DNA of 64,000 bases from Antedon mediterranea. Taxonomy: Eukaryota; Animalia; Echinodermata. The notes beneath the pieces are model-generated. The model made no database searches and was not told where the DNA came from. It saw nothing but the letters and a program-made list of their open reading frames with translations. The stretch is from positions 1,380,422 to 1,444,421 of the forward strand of contig NC_092678.1 of the NCBI RefSeq assembly GCF_964355755.1. Reading direction: 5' to 3'. Position 1 is the first letter of the stretch, and each line of letters opens with the position of its first letter. This document shows, piece by piece, positions 35,436 to 47,938 of the stretch. A program made the position numbers and the translations under genes.

Positions 35436-35978
35436 TTTTTGTCCAGATATTTCTCCCGTCAATCATTTATTTTTAAAAAGTAGTCGTGTCTCATAAAATT
35501 AGAAGACAAAGTGGTGTTTTCTACAACGTTTTTTATTGTTGATATTGAAAACTTAATTGACAACGAATTTATTTATAGGCCTACATTGTCCAGAATTATT
35601 TATTATACAGTAATTCATTTTTATTCAATTAAAATTGATGGCCATTTTATATCAACAATAACACACGATTACGATGAATTGTTAATACTTATTATATCAT
35701 TCAATTTTCTCGCGTTCATTTTGGCCGTCGCTCCCTTATACTTATCTGCGCTAAGCTCGCACAATGCTTTTTGTAAGTTTTAAACACTTGCGCAATCGGA
35801 GCTCATAGTGTACAGGCAGTACGTAATACGCAGTGTATGCAAAAAAACCATTGCGCCGCATTAAAATGTCGCCGAAAGTGGCACTCCCCGCGTTCCATAT
35901 ACAATTGCAATAAATTCAAAATATCTAGTTAATTGAACGCGGATTGTTCACTATGACGCAACGTTGATGAGGCATTAA

Positions 35979-36339
35979 AGCTTGGTTCCCACTAGAACGT
36001 AACGCAAGGACGTAAACGCAACGCAAGCGTGTTAAAGCGTGGTTCCCACTAGCGACGCAACACAAGGACGTAACGCAACGCAAGTGAATTGACCAATCAC
36101 AAGCGATGGCTTATTCGCTTGTGATTGCTAACTGTCTATAACTTCGCTTGTCATTGGTTAAAACGCTTGCGTTGCGTTTACGTTCTTGCGTTACGTTCTA
36201 GTGGGAACCAAGCTTGACCAATGACAAGCGAAGTTATAGGCAGTTAGCAATCACAAGCGAATAAGCCATCGCTTGTGATTGGTTAATTCACTTGCGTTGC
36301 GTTACTTCCTTGCGTTGCGTCGCTAGTGGGAACCACGCT
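35979..36339. mobile_element. Nested MITE family A: inverted copy (36036-36214) inserted into another copy
   Basis: The outer element is interrupted at its internal TAA. The inner element is flanked by TAA/TGA and reads in the opposite orientation. Confidence 0.85.
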
Positions 36340-38260
36340 TTTTAGAGACCACCGTTTTGGTTAAAAGAAGAGGATTTTAAAATGACATGGCATCGCATAA
36401 CACATTGTAAATGAAGTCATAATATTGTAAATGAAGTCGGCTTAACTTATGACTTATCTACTAGAATAGGATTAAGTATGTGCTGTCTAAATACCGTATA
36501 CTCATCAATAAAACTCAAGTGTTGTACTCGTAATAATTTGACAGATCGGTGACGAATCAAACAATGAACTCAGTATTATACGCCTTCGCGAACGACCGTA
36601 ATATTATGTGGATATTATGTCTATATTAATGCGTAAGAAAAGCTCTGTAAACACTATCACATTTCATGTGACAAAAAAGTGCATATCACTACCATATGTG
36701 GGAATATCACTACCAGTGGGCACATCACATTTTACACATATACTTGACCTGAGACCTATAGAAAATTCAATACCAAATCATTTCCTTTTCATTAATGGTG
36801 TTTTTTTTTGGATAATGTTCTGTTTGTCTGATATATTAAAATTTTAATCCAGAACGTAGTCAATCATAGATTTAATAAATCAAATTGGCACTTTAATGAA
36901 CAATCAATCTCGTGGGGCCTCATTTAAATTTAAAATATTATTAAAACAATACGAAACGGTACGTCAACGCAACTGAGTTGACCAATCGCAAGCGGCAATT
37001 CGGATAATCCATCGGTCCTGATTGGTCAAATTATTTGCGGCACGTTTACGTCCTTGAGGTGCGTCGAATGGGAACCAAGCTTTAAGTTCGATGACGAAGG
37101 AATAGCGTTTTCAAAGGTTGATACTTCTTTTTCTGTTTTTCTTTGCTTGATTTGCTTATTTTATTTGTATGTCCATTCATACAGTAAATATGAGATCTGC
37201 TCTCTGCATAATACATTGAAAGTTCAACAATTTTAATCTAAACAATTATTAATTTAATATCTGGGGTTTGATAGGGCTATAAAACCCGTCATACCATAGA
37301 TAACGTATGCTAATTATTACCGTTACACAGTCAATAATAAACGTTTTGTTAAACTGGTCGGTTACTTGCTACTTGATGTCATCTTTATTTTCAACAGTCT
37401 GACGTTTAGAGCTTCATCATTTAATGTTGCATATTTACCCCATTTTTTTTATTGTGTACTTTCGTTTTTGTGATAATAAACATTTGTACGGAACATTACT
37501 GTACGTGATCGACGGTCACCTTGTAAGCAAGTGAAAGACGTAGTTTAACATTAACAAGACATAGCGACATCAAACAGCAACAGAAAAACGTCAAGTATTT
37601 ACAAATTGAATCGCGTCAATTAAGAGGCAAGAAATCAAACATCGGGACTACTTCATTCAGTACTACAATCATTAGTCAACTCGTTATTATTAACTTTATT
37701 GGGTACTTTTAATTTGGAACGTAAACGTCTATTGAAAGGCAACTCTGATCAGGGAAATTGTTAAAAAACAATTGTTTTTCATCGGCCTGCCGCGCCGGAC
37801 GACCGCGTAGGCCTAAAAATTAGCTGCTTTTAAAAAACAATCCGTTTCTTCTTCTAAATTGAGCTGTTCCGGTCTTGCAGATTTCTCTTTTGAAACTTTG
37901 CTAGAATCTGTTTCCGGTACTGTTAATGGTAAACTAGTGTTTTCACGACCAGTATTTTAAACTATTTCGTCTGTGTTCGATCTACCATTCAAATACAGAC
38001 TAATTAAAATCAATACGTTGTACTTTTGATCAAGGAGATACACGCACCATCGTTCCGACATCTATCTATCTCATGTATAGACTTTTTTATTCAACTGGAG
38101 TTATTTTGGCGTAATTTTCAGATATCGGGAGAGAGGGTGTTTTGGACAATCTGAAATATTGTCTGATTCCCGAAATTTAAATGAGTTATTGAGCGGACTA
38201 TTACAAGAGTTATGCATTAACAAACTAACTTTATGTTTACTTTCATATTTTCGATATGAA

Positions 38261-40408
38261 ATGGCGCTTAGTATTTTTGCTGTGATTAAGGCAATTCTAG
38301 CCAGAGCACTGTTCATTTCGGTCAGCATTCTGTGCGTTCGGTCGCTTGTTCAAGTTGAGCAGAACGTGTTATATTGGTTCATGTTGTCCACAGCAGTGTT
38401 ATCTTGTTTTGAAGCAGCCATAACTTTAACAACTAGAGAAGGTGGCGAGTGGAAATGGTAAGTTACCCTTCCCTACATTTTTATTTATTTAACTAATGTC
38501 CTTTTTGTCACTCGGATAGTTAAGAATTGCTTTAGAGAAAATCTGAGAGTTTATTTATCAAACCATGCAGTTCTTTTCATGGAATGAACTTTTAAGATTG
38601 AAAAAGAATATATACAAATATATGCTTAAATTTTGAAAACTGACTAAGCAAAATACATAGATAAATAAATCAGATGAGTTTTATCCGATCATTTAATAGT
38701 CCCATCTCTCTTCCGTAGAGTATAGTAGATATCAGTTGGGAGGTGTCACTATTCTAAAGCTCTATCCACACTATCAAACTAGTTTGACAAAAAAAGTGTG
38801 GTGTGCCCAAATGTAGTGATATAACATCATCATGTCCATATATGAGCACATCACTTTTTTTGACACATAAAGTTTGATAGTATAGACCGAGCTTTAGAGT
38901 TCTTCTTTAATGTCAGTAGTTTTAGAATTTTAAAAAATTTAACAAATAAATCAATTTCAAATTATGGTAGGCCTACACTATTAAATATATAGCTTGTAAT
39001 ATTTTATCCTGATTATGAATAATTCTTTCTGAATTAAAGGTTTTATCCGAGTTTTGCAATAGCGCTCATAAGCACAGTTCCTGCAATTTGGATTTTGGAA
39101 CTAGACATCATGGAAGCACATATTAAAGCTGCTGAGGAACTCGATTTGGACGAGTGTACTGATGAAGTATTGCATAGTGGCAATAATACTTATGTAGATC
39201 AGGTAGGCCTACATTAGTTACATTATGTAGTTAAAATAAAGGAGGCTTCTTGATACAGTATATCATTCAAACCAATATTTTTTACATATAATACCACTAT
39301 CTACAAATGGAGATTGACAACTGCTGGAATGAACTAAAGCATGATGTGTTTTTCCAATTCTTAAATGGGTCTTAAGCTCTACTCTCTCGTAGCAGCAGAA
39401 GTAACGTACAGTAGTTAGGTGTCTGGTGGGCTGACCTTACGGCTACCGTGGATCGCTATGACCTCTTATTCCCAGATATAGTTCACCGTGATGTGGACTA
39501 ATAAAAACTAATGAAAAGAAGTAATATACTGTACTTATGGGTTTTTACAGATTGTACAGACGCTGGATTTTACACCCGAGGAATGGTCATTGTTCCTGCA
39601 GCAAGTTCTTTTATTCGCGCTGATTCTGGGACGGTGGATGCTACCAAAAGGATCCATGACACGTGACCAGCTTTCCCAACTCCTATTGGTCTTCATCGGT
39701 ATCGCTGCAGACATTTTGGAGTTTTCTACAGAGAGCATGAAACTTCCAACCGTCAGATGCAACGAGGTGATGATTGTAACTATATTGAGTATCTGGACGT
39801 GGAGTCTACTGCAGTTCACGCTTGGCTTGACCGTGACAAAGTCTCGAAAGACGCGAGTAGCTGGCGTGACGGACCGACAGGAAAACAGGAATCAAGTGTG
39901 TGCAGATGGTGGATGGGGTTGCTGCGAAACAGAAACATGGGGAATAATGGTAACCATTGTCATGCAAGATGGACCGTTCTTCGTTATGAGAATGTACTTA
40001 ATCTTCCACGAGGACGTTATCAACCAGGGAATGATATTCTTTACATGCAAAAATCTGTTAGTTTTACTACTCCAGTTATACCGTCTGTTTGTGCTTTACT
40101 GGGAGAAGAAGCCGCCGGACTCACCGAATAGATTTGTTCGTGCTGTCCAGCGAACCCGCACGGTTTTGCTTAGTACTCAGAACATGAAACAGAATCGGCC
40201 CACCACCACGGATACTGAGATATTTTACCCTTCTGAGGAATATAAAACGCCAACTCATAAACAACTAGGTGATTCTATAATGACCGTTGTGGCGGAGGAA
40301 TTAGAAAAAAGTAGATCTTCTCATCAACTTGTCAGGTCACAAAATGATGAAACCTTAAACGAAACTGGCTGTTTTATTAACGGCAGCATAACGTCTGAGA
40401 GTTTGTAA
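38261..40408 (+). CDS. TMEM26-like: TMEM26-family membrane protein, paralog 2 (~405 aa). Exons 38261-38457, 39040-39202, 39551-40408
   Basis: Motifs GGEWKWFYPSF..VPAIWILEL, LGRWMLPKGSMTRDQLSQLLLVFIGIAADILEF, QDGPF and FFTCKN. Intron positions and phases match paralog 1. Confidence 0.9.
38758..38893. mobile_element. MITE family B copy (intron 1 of TMEM26-like 2)
   Basis: TIRs flanked by TAA/TTA. Confidence 0.8.
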
Positions 40409-40597
40409 AAGTAGAAATTATTTGCATATCAAGCATGCGCAGAAGAGTCACATATTCGGTTGACCCATCAGTTTTATTCTCTCAAATGTTCCCAAGTTTA
40501 CCATTTAGAACAAAACATTATTTTAAGCTTCTTTATTTTTAAACAGTTTTATTGTTTTGATTTTGTTTAAACCTGGCTAGGTCATCTCCATTTAGTA

Positions 40598-40663
40598 ACA
40601 TTTCAGGTCACATTTCAGGTCACATTTCAGGTCACATTTCAGGTCACATTTCAGGTCACATTT
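40598..40663. repeat. 12-bp tandem repeat (CATTTCAGGTCA) x5
   Basis: Directly visible. Confidence 0.9.
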
Positions 40664-41452
40664 AAATGCTCATGTACTCACTGTTGTCTCAATTGTCTTG
40701 GAATGAAAGTGCTTGTTGTCTACCTGCGATCATCATCATCGTCATCATCATCAGCCTAAAATAAAAATATTCATCGTATAGTTTCCGGGTGGTACCGTAT
40801 AGTTTCCGGGTGGTACCGTATATTATCAGGTTGTCTGGATACAACAATGTATATGTGCGTACATAATTTAGAGTCCATTACTCTTTCCATTTCAAATGTT
40901 TGTTTTACCATGTTCTGTTTTAGCCTACAATATCTTAAAATAAATATAACATGTTAACAAACTTAAAAAGTGTTTATTGGTGAATTAAAACGAAATCTAA
41001 AAATGAAAACTATATAATCACAACATATTTCATTTCTCTAGCTAGAACATTCACTAACACAAATTATTAATTTACATTCTCTAGGATAGAATAATCATTA
41101 TTAATTTACACATTAATTTGTTACCAGTATTTCACAAGATAAATAAACATAAACATAGCTAATTGTGGTAAACTTGATCGCAAATAGTATGGGCAATAGC
41201 GCCACCACCAGTATATAAAGTTTGTATTATACGGTGGCGCTATTGCTCCAAAACTCTTCCCATCATGCATTATGCAATGACGTTCCTACACAATTGTTAT
41301 TGTTTTTTACCACAAACGACTAAAGATGTCACAACACAATCACTAAAATGTAAAAGCTAAAAATGGTTATATCATGGACAAATATTTCTCCATGGTTATA
41401 TACAGTTGTATGCGTTATCATCATTTGGTTCCATCAATGCGTTCGTCGTTCA

Positions 41453-41620
41453 GTGCTTATTTTTTAACCCGGGTAAGTTGGTTGGGCACAGTTATACATT
41501 TGGTGGATAAGAACGAACTTACCCGGGTAAGAACCAACTTACCTGGGTAAGAACCAATTTACCCGGGTAAGAACCAACTTACCCGAGTAAGAACCAACTT
41601 ACCCGGGTATAAATAAGTAC
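41453..41620. mobile_element. Small TIR element with 20-bp subterminal tandem repeats (AGAACCAACTTACCCGGGTA x5)
   Basis: Left end GTGCTTATTT..ACCCGGGTAAGTTGGTT is inverted relative to right end AACCAACTTACCCGGGTATAAATAAGTAC. Confidence 0.6.
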
Positions 41621-41788
41621 GCCCGAATAGGTGTTTTGTTACGTATGTGAGTATACACTCTTCCAGAGTTTTTCTCTTTGTTATATACTTATGTGTTTAC
41701 TTAAAATGTAAGGTGTTTCTCTCGACAAAATTCTGGGCTCAACTACATGCTGTCTCGTCGTACGTTTTTTAGTCCCAGTTTTCTTTGT

Positions 41789-44700
41789 TTAATATTGAAG
41801 ATCATCTTCAAAAAATGACGACGAGTCTTCGTCAATTGCGTCGTCTGCTCGGAATATCCACGGTGCCCTTGAAAACTCTTTATAACTTAGTTTTTTATCA
41901 TCTGTAAAATAAGCATAATACATTTTTGAGATATAAGCATACTAAAAAAGTCTGTTATTGCCATATGATGGCGCACTTGCTATAAGTACCTTTTGTCAAA
42001 TGTATTAAAGTATGTTGTGTAGTGTGTATTTTGTGAACGACAAAGGTATTGTTTATGTACTTGCAATTATTATAAAATACATTATAGTAGACCTACATTT
42101 GTATGTTCTTACAACCCTATAAATCAAGATGTTTCGACTCTTTATTTTGGCAACAGAAAAAAGGCATATTTCTTTACCCCGAAACATTAAAGTAACTGTG
42201 ACAATTGTTGACAATGGTAAAGCCTCCATGGGTAAAGTGTTACTGCAGTAAATAAAGGTACTGCAGTATTTTACAAAACAATCTTTATTTTCTATCTACT
42301 TTGTTCATATATGGAGTAATTACTCCATGGTTATACAGGGGTTAAGGCCCGTTGACACCCGGGGTTTTCCACCCACTGTTAACCGCAAGTTTCGGGTTCA
42401 CTTGTTCCGTTTCACGGAAAGAAAGACGATGCCGTTTTATACGTACCATTTGAGTCTGCACTTCTAAATGCTCCTCTTGCGTCTTCCAGTGATGTATCGG
42501 TCGCCTCTGCCAACTCGAACAACGTAATCACGCCATCTTTGTTGGCATCGTAGGTACGGAATGGACTTGGTATGTCAATTGGGTTAAACTTCAGTTCATT
42601 TTCTTCTTGTTCTTCTTCTGTCGGTTTCTTTTCATGTTTATTACCCCCATGTTGTTTTTGTGACGGTAACCTTAAACTCTTACTCTCTGTCACAACACAT
42701 AAAAGTGAGAAGATACATACAATGGCAACAACGGCCACAGAAGTCGTCACTTTCTGAAAAAAAAGAGAACGAAAGTAATATTTAGTACATTATTACATTC
42801 TATCGTAGGGCCAACGCAACCTCCCCCCCCCCCCCCTCCCCCACGTCACAAAACATTAAAACCATAACTTTCGGTTTAATCAACATTAGGCTTGTAATAT
42901 TACTAGTTTACATTGCAAACTTTACCAGACGTTTGCAAACTCTGAGTTTGTCATTGTTTGGGAAGTTCCTGCGAGTGTCTGGTTACTGGAGGCGATCAGT
43001 TTGTCCACTTGCCGAATCACATGACGGCATAGATTGTCAGTGATTGGTCAGTAAACTTGTTTGTCAAGAAGGTGCACACGGCCCAACTTCTTCAAACTAT
43101 CTTTCTTCGCAGCAAATTTGGAAAATATGTCTTGCTTGCTTGTTTTATACAATCCACTGTACAGTACAGATAACTGATTAATGAACAGATGGTTGACATG
43201 ACAAGGTTGGCTGGATGGAAATATTACTGCTACAAAGTGGCTTAAGTCTTGCCCTTTTTGATAAATATCCCCGATAAGTATTTAATACTTTTACTTTATT
43301 AAACCCCATTAAGTGAAAAACGTATCGGCGTTTATCTTGCAGACAATGACGTCACGGATTAGTTAATAGTGGGGTACTCAACCGAAATAGGTTCATTGAA
43401 AGAAATTCATAATCCCGAATAATAAACCTCTGACACTTTTAAGGATAATGAAAATAATAGATTATTGTTATCCTCTCACGCCTCGGATTAGGTTCGTCAA
43501 TTTCGAATAAATAATATAAAATCATATTATAAAGCTTTTATAATTGTGTTGTGTACTTCTTTCCTGGTTTGCTTTTTTTCTGATTTCTTACAATTTGATT
43601 ATTTGTGTTGGTAAATATCTGATTTCATGTTATCAGTCTCCCCTGCCGAATGCCTAGGGGGAAAGCTCCCCAAGTTACTGTTGATTGCTGAATGTCTTAA
43701 ATGCCTAGGGGGAAAGCTCCCCAAGTTACTGGTGATTGCTGAATATTATGAATGCAATAGGAGAAAGCTCCCCAAATCACTGTTTATTTACTGTTGACAT
43801 TTTTGACTATTTATGATACAATAATATATACCTACCTAAAATGCCTGTCTGATCTCTGATCTGTATGTATGGTCTATGTTTATTTTATACTCATTTGAGT
43901 AATTATTTTTATTAACATTAGTAGTATTTCAAACTAAATGCCTATTATAGGCCTGTGTACTCTGGCAGTTGATGTATGAGAGCCAATTTTTGTAATTTAT
44001 AAGGGGCTATTTTCATTTTAAAAAAGAATGGCTTTGATCAGGGACGTTTTGAATTCCACTAACAATAGCTAGTAGGTAGGCCTACATTTATTTTATTATG
44101 TGGGCTACTCCGGGGGGCTACTGTGCCAGTGTATTGTTGGCTTCATCAGGTTAGTAGGCCTAAAACGAAATAAAACAAGGAGATATGAACATATTGTATT
44201 AATATTGTTATACAATCATTAAGGGCCTACTTGCTGTGATTGGCCCGGCTAATTGACAGGGTTATTATATTATTTGCTTTAACACGACCTCTTGTATTTT
44301 CACGATTTGCTTTGACCTATATAATATAAACAAGGCAAATATCGCGCTGTGTTCTCTGTTCTCATTTCATACCCGGTGTATTCGAAGACGAATAACACCC
44401 ACTGAGAATATTGACTTAAAGACATTCTAAACAAATATTCACGACAGAAATAAGATGCCAATCAAAAGTACCGAGTCCTCGGCACCAGGCAGATCTCGGC
44501 AGGGGCGACAGTACAACAAGGGCGGCCTAGCTGCAGAAATACCTGAATATACCTTATGTGACGAACACGTACATATTTCTGTACAATTAAATTATTAGCT
44601 TGGTACGGTTTCACCGCAGCGCATGAACGTAAGCCGCAACGCAACTATCAAAAGCGGTAGATTATTCGACCTGTCGCTTGTGATTGGTCAATCGCTTGCG

Positions 44701-47700
44701 TCCTGGCGGTGGGAACCAAGCTTATATTGAATAATGCGATGATTTCACCCCGGTTCTCTTTGCTCCGAAACAGCCCATAAATATATTATATTGATGCAGT
44801 TTTACCAAATTTGAATATGATTTTAATATGTTTGATAATTTATGCAGCTTTTAAACCTCTGTAATTTGGACAAAGATGGGTGTGTCACCTATTGAGAGAC
44901 CTTCTCTCTCAGCGTAATTGTCGTAGTAGCTAATAATGTAACGAGTTTACCGTATAACTTATATAGGTATATTATAGCGTACGCAGTATAAATAGAAAAA
45001 TAAATATTGAGCGTTTGACAGGTCCCTGGTGACCGCAGAAAGTATTTGGTCAAAATTGTCATTAAAACATAATAGGTAACAGTTGAGTTTCTGCATAAAA
45101 TGCCCAGGCCCGTAACGTTGCAACCGGGAACAGCTTGTATCTTGTGAGAGCATAACCGAAATAAATAGTGTACAGTATTTCTGTTTATGATCTTCTATGT
45201 CAAATACAGTGAGTAGAGAACAATCTTACAGAAATATGCCTAGACATTGTAAGCCAAGTTGTCTTGCATAGTATATTATTGGGCAAAATCAGGCCAAGGT
45301 CTACACACTAGGCACACTTACACGAAAATACACACATAAAAAATTCATCCACAAAATTGTATTTCTTGTCTTACTCTAGCCTTAGGCCTATCTTATTTTG
45401 GGTTTTTCTGATATTCTTTAGACAAAATTAATGTACTACAGATTATTGGTTATGAAAAATGATAAAGTGACAGATGTGTTTCGCCTTGGTGCCAATCAAA
45501 GAACGGTATGTCACCAGGTCTCGCTGAGGTCAGAACAACCATTCTGTCTATCAGTAAACCACTCATCTTCATAAAATGATACATGCCTGGCATACCATTT
45601 GAACTTTAAAGCGAAATCTAATGTTGTCAAAATAAGCCAAATTGGGGATCTCTTATGCCCACGGTGATTTCTTCGTTCGTTCGATAAATCCCTGTTCACA
45701 TGGTGCCAAAGATCAGACTACATTGTCTACAATAATTACCCTCATTTACATAAAATGATACATGCCTTTAGCATACCATTTGTACCTTTTAAAGATCTGT
45801 CTACACTATCAAACTATTTTCACTAAAAAAAGCGTGATATGCCTAAATATGGTAGTGATATGACAACATCATGTCCATATATTTGTTGTCAAATAAAATG
45901 TAATAGTGTAGACAGAGCTTAAAGGGAGTCTTATCCCCTTTGATTCCTTCGTTGAGAAAAACCCTGCCCTGCTCCCCAGTTTAAAGGTACTATTATTTTC
46001 ACTCCGTACTCATCCCCATAAACTGTACAGCATCCGTTTGAACTTTAAAGGAAATCTCGTTACAGAAAAAAAAAATAGGCCACATGGATATCTCTTATGC
46101 CCTCTGATTTCTTCACCCAGTAAACGTCTTCCTAACTTCCCAGTTACTAAAAAGGTACTAATGTTAACCTCTGTCAACACTATCAGACTTTATGTGATAA
46201 AAAACGTGATGTACGTGCCCATATATGGACATGATGATGTCATATCACTACCTTATTTAAGCATATCACTACCATATTAGGCATGCCCTAGTGGGGAAAT
46301 CAAGCTTTAATTTTTTACATTTAATAAAAATGATTTTACATTCGTTTACCTAGAAAATCAGTACAGGAACACCAATTCAACAGCAGTATATTATAAACAA
46401 ATTTGTCAATCGAAAACTAAAAGCCACCAGAGTAATAGAACGCACCTGTGTTTGATTACTGTGTATATAGTTTTATGCTATTTATGTTGCAGACGACCCA
46501 GCCTCTAAATTGTCCAATTATAGGGATTCCTTTACCGATGACATATTTTGGAACATAAATCTAAACTGTCTTCATAAATTGTTTTATTTATAATAAATGA
46601 AGTGGTGTAGCTGTTTTTATGATAATGAAATATTTAAGTGCTAGATAGTTTATGGCGATAAAATGACTACAATTTAATTGGCAAAACTTAGGCGATAAAT
46701 AAAGATTTAAACGTACGTATACAAATTAAATCTATGCACAATGAAACGAAACATTGCAGGTTCTATGTCCTCTGAGGCATATTATCATTGTTTACCTGCA
46801 TTTCATGAGATTGAGAACCACAATTAGGCCTAAACCAACTAGTGTATTCTATTTCATTTGAGGAATACTGCTCTTGATAAACCTGACGTCATTGTATAGA
46901 TATGTGGGTTGTTTTTCTAACTAAATGAAGATTTCATGAATTACAATAAGCCTAACTACATAATATTTAAACGGAAGTTTTTAAGAGCAGTCAATTAAAT
47001 GGTTTAGCATCGTTCATTCAACTTTTAAACCGTCTACTTTTTGTTCAATAACAATGGAGCCGTAAAACAACCTCTGGCAATGTTCCCAAGCTAGATAAAA
47101 TACACAAATGGTCATTGAAAAAGAAGGCATTTGGGCCCAGCATCGCATTCCCTTGGGTGTATACGAATCTGTGATAAGGCTCATACATTTAAAGTAGGGC
47201 CAAACACCTCGTAGTAGAACAGAAGAGAAAGCAGGCTTATTCTATTTTTTTTTAAATAGGTTTCTGAAAAGTTAAGAGAACTTGTATTAGGCTCGTAATA
47301 GAATAGTAAAGTACGTTCGTTATTTTAAATTATACTATAGACAGCAATGAATGCAGTCTAATTTTATTTAAAAAAAACGTTAATAATATCAAGTCGTAGC
47401 AAAAACATAGTTAAGATCATAATATAGGGATACGGTTGTTATTTTTTGAACATTAATGCATCAGGACCATTTCAGATAGATAATTATAATTTCACTCCTT
47501 AGGACAATAAAAGCATATTGATCAAAACGTCGAGTAACTCAACAGTTCTTTTCAGAACTAATATACCGTAAACTTTATATCAACACTATCACTATATCTA
47601 CATAAGTTAGTCGTTTAAAAAAAATCAAAAGAACAGGTTAAAAAGAAGTTCGCAAAGTTCTGGACACTGAAAGAGTGGCAATTAAGTACCGGACACCTCA

Positions 47701-47849
47701 GGAAACAGGATGTCCATGCTAGTTGATAGTTTCAAATCTAGATAGGCCTGGAATTAAAAGATAGGTTGTTGTTTTTAGAAGGTTGGATATCTCATGCACT
47801 TTTTTGGCACACTCAAGTTTCAATAATAGTTGTTTAAAAAACTTACCAT
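41789..47849 (-). CDS. Small secreted two-EF-hand Ca2+-binding protein (~140 aa). Exons 47847-47849 (ATG only), 42447-42753, 41789-41901
   Basis: Signal-peptide-like MKVTTSVAVVAIVCIFSLLCVVTES. EF loops DANKDGVITLFE and DSNDDKKLSYKE, the second formed across a phase-1 intron. Acidic tail APWIFRADDAIDEDSSSFFEDDLQY*. ATG|GTAAGT at 47847 has a TATAAA about 80 bp upstream. The first exon is less certain than exons 2-3. Confidence 0.8.
43648..43785. repeat. ~52-bp tandem repeat x3 (AATGCCTAGGGGGAAAGCTCCCCAAGTTACTG...)
   Basis: Directly visible. Confidence 0.8.
45793..45919. mobile_element. MITE family B copy with TAA TSD inside a local degenerate repeat
   Basis: TAA on both sides. Paralogous repeat units near 45604 and 46043 show the empty site CTTTAAAG. 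Confidence 0.85.
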
Positions 47850-47928
47850 TTCAGCAGTTAAATCCTACGTTCCTTTAGGCCTATCCTGTTATATATCCAC
47901 CACAACAATATGAAACCGCTGATAATTC

Positions 47929-47938
47929 CTTTATAAAG
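47929..47938 (-). promoter_or_regulatory. Candidate TATA box of the EF-hand gene
   Basis: TATAAAGG on the minus strand about 80 bp upstream of ATG|GTAAGT. Confidence 0.4.

Noticed and set aside
39410-39510. GC-richer intronic segment resembling a SINE 3' part
   Set aside because: Single copy in the window with no A/B boxes or TSD, so it cannot be supported without a repeat library.
39551-40408. Several ACG codons in TMEM26-like 2 as a functional link to the neighbouring tRNA-Thr(CGT) array
   Set aside because: tRNAs act in trans in eukaryotes, and the numbers are too small to distinguish from chance.
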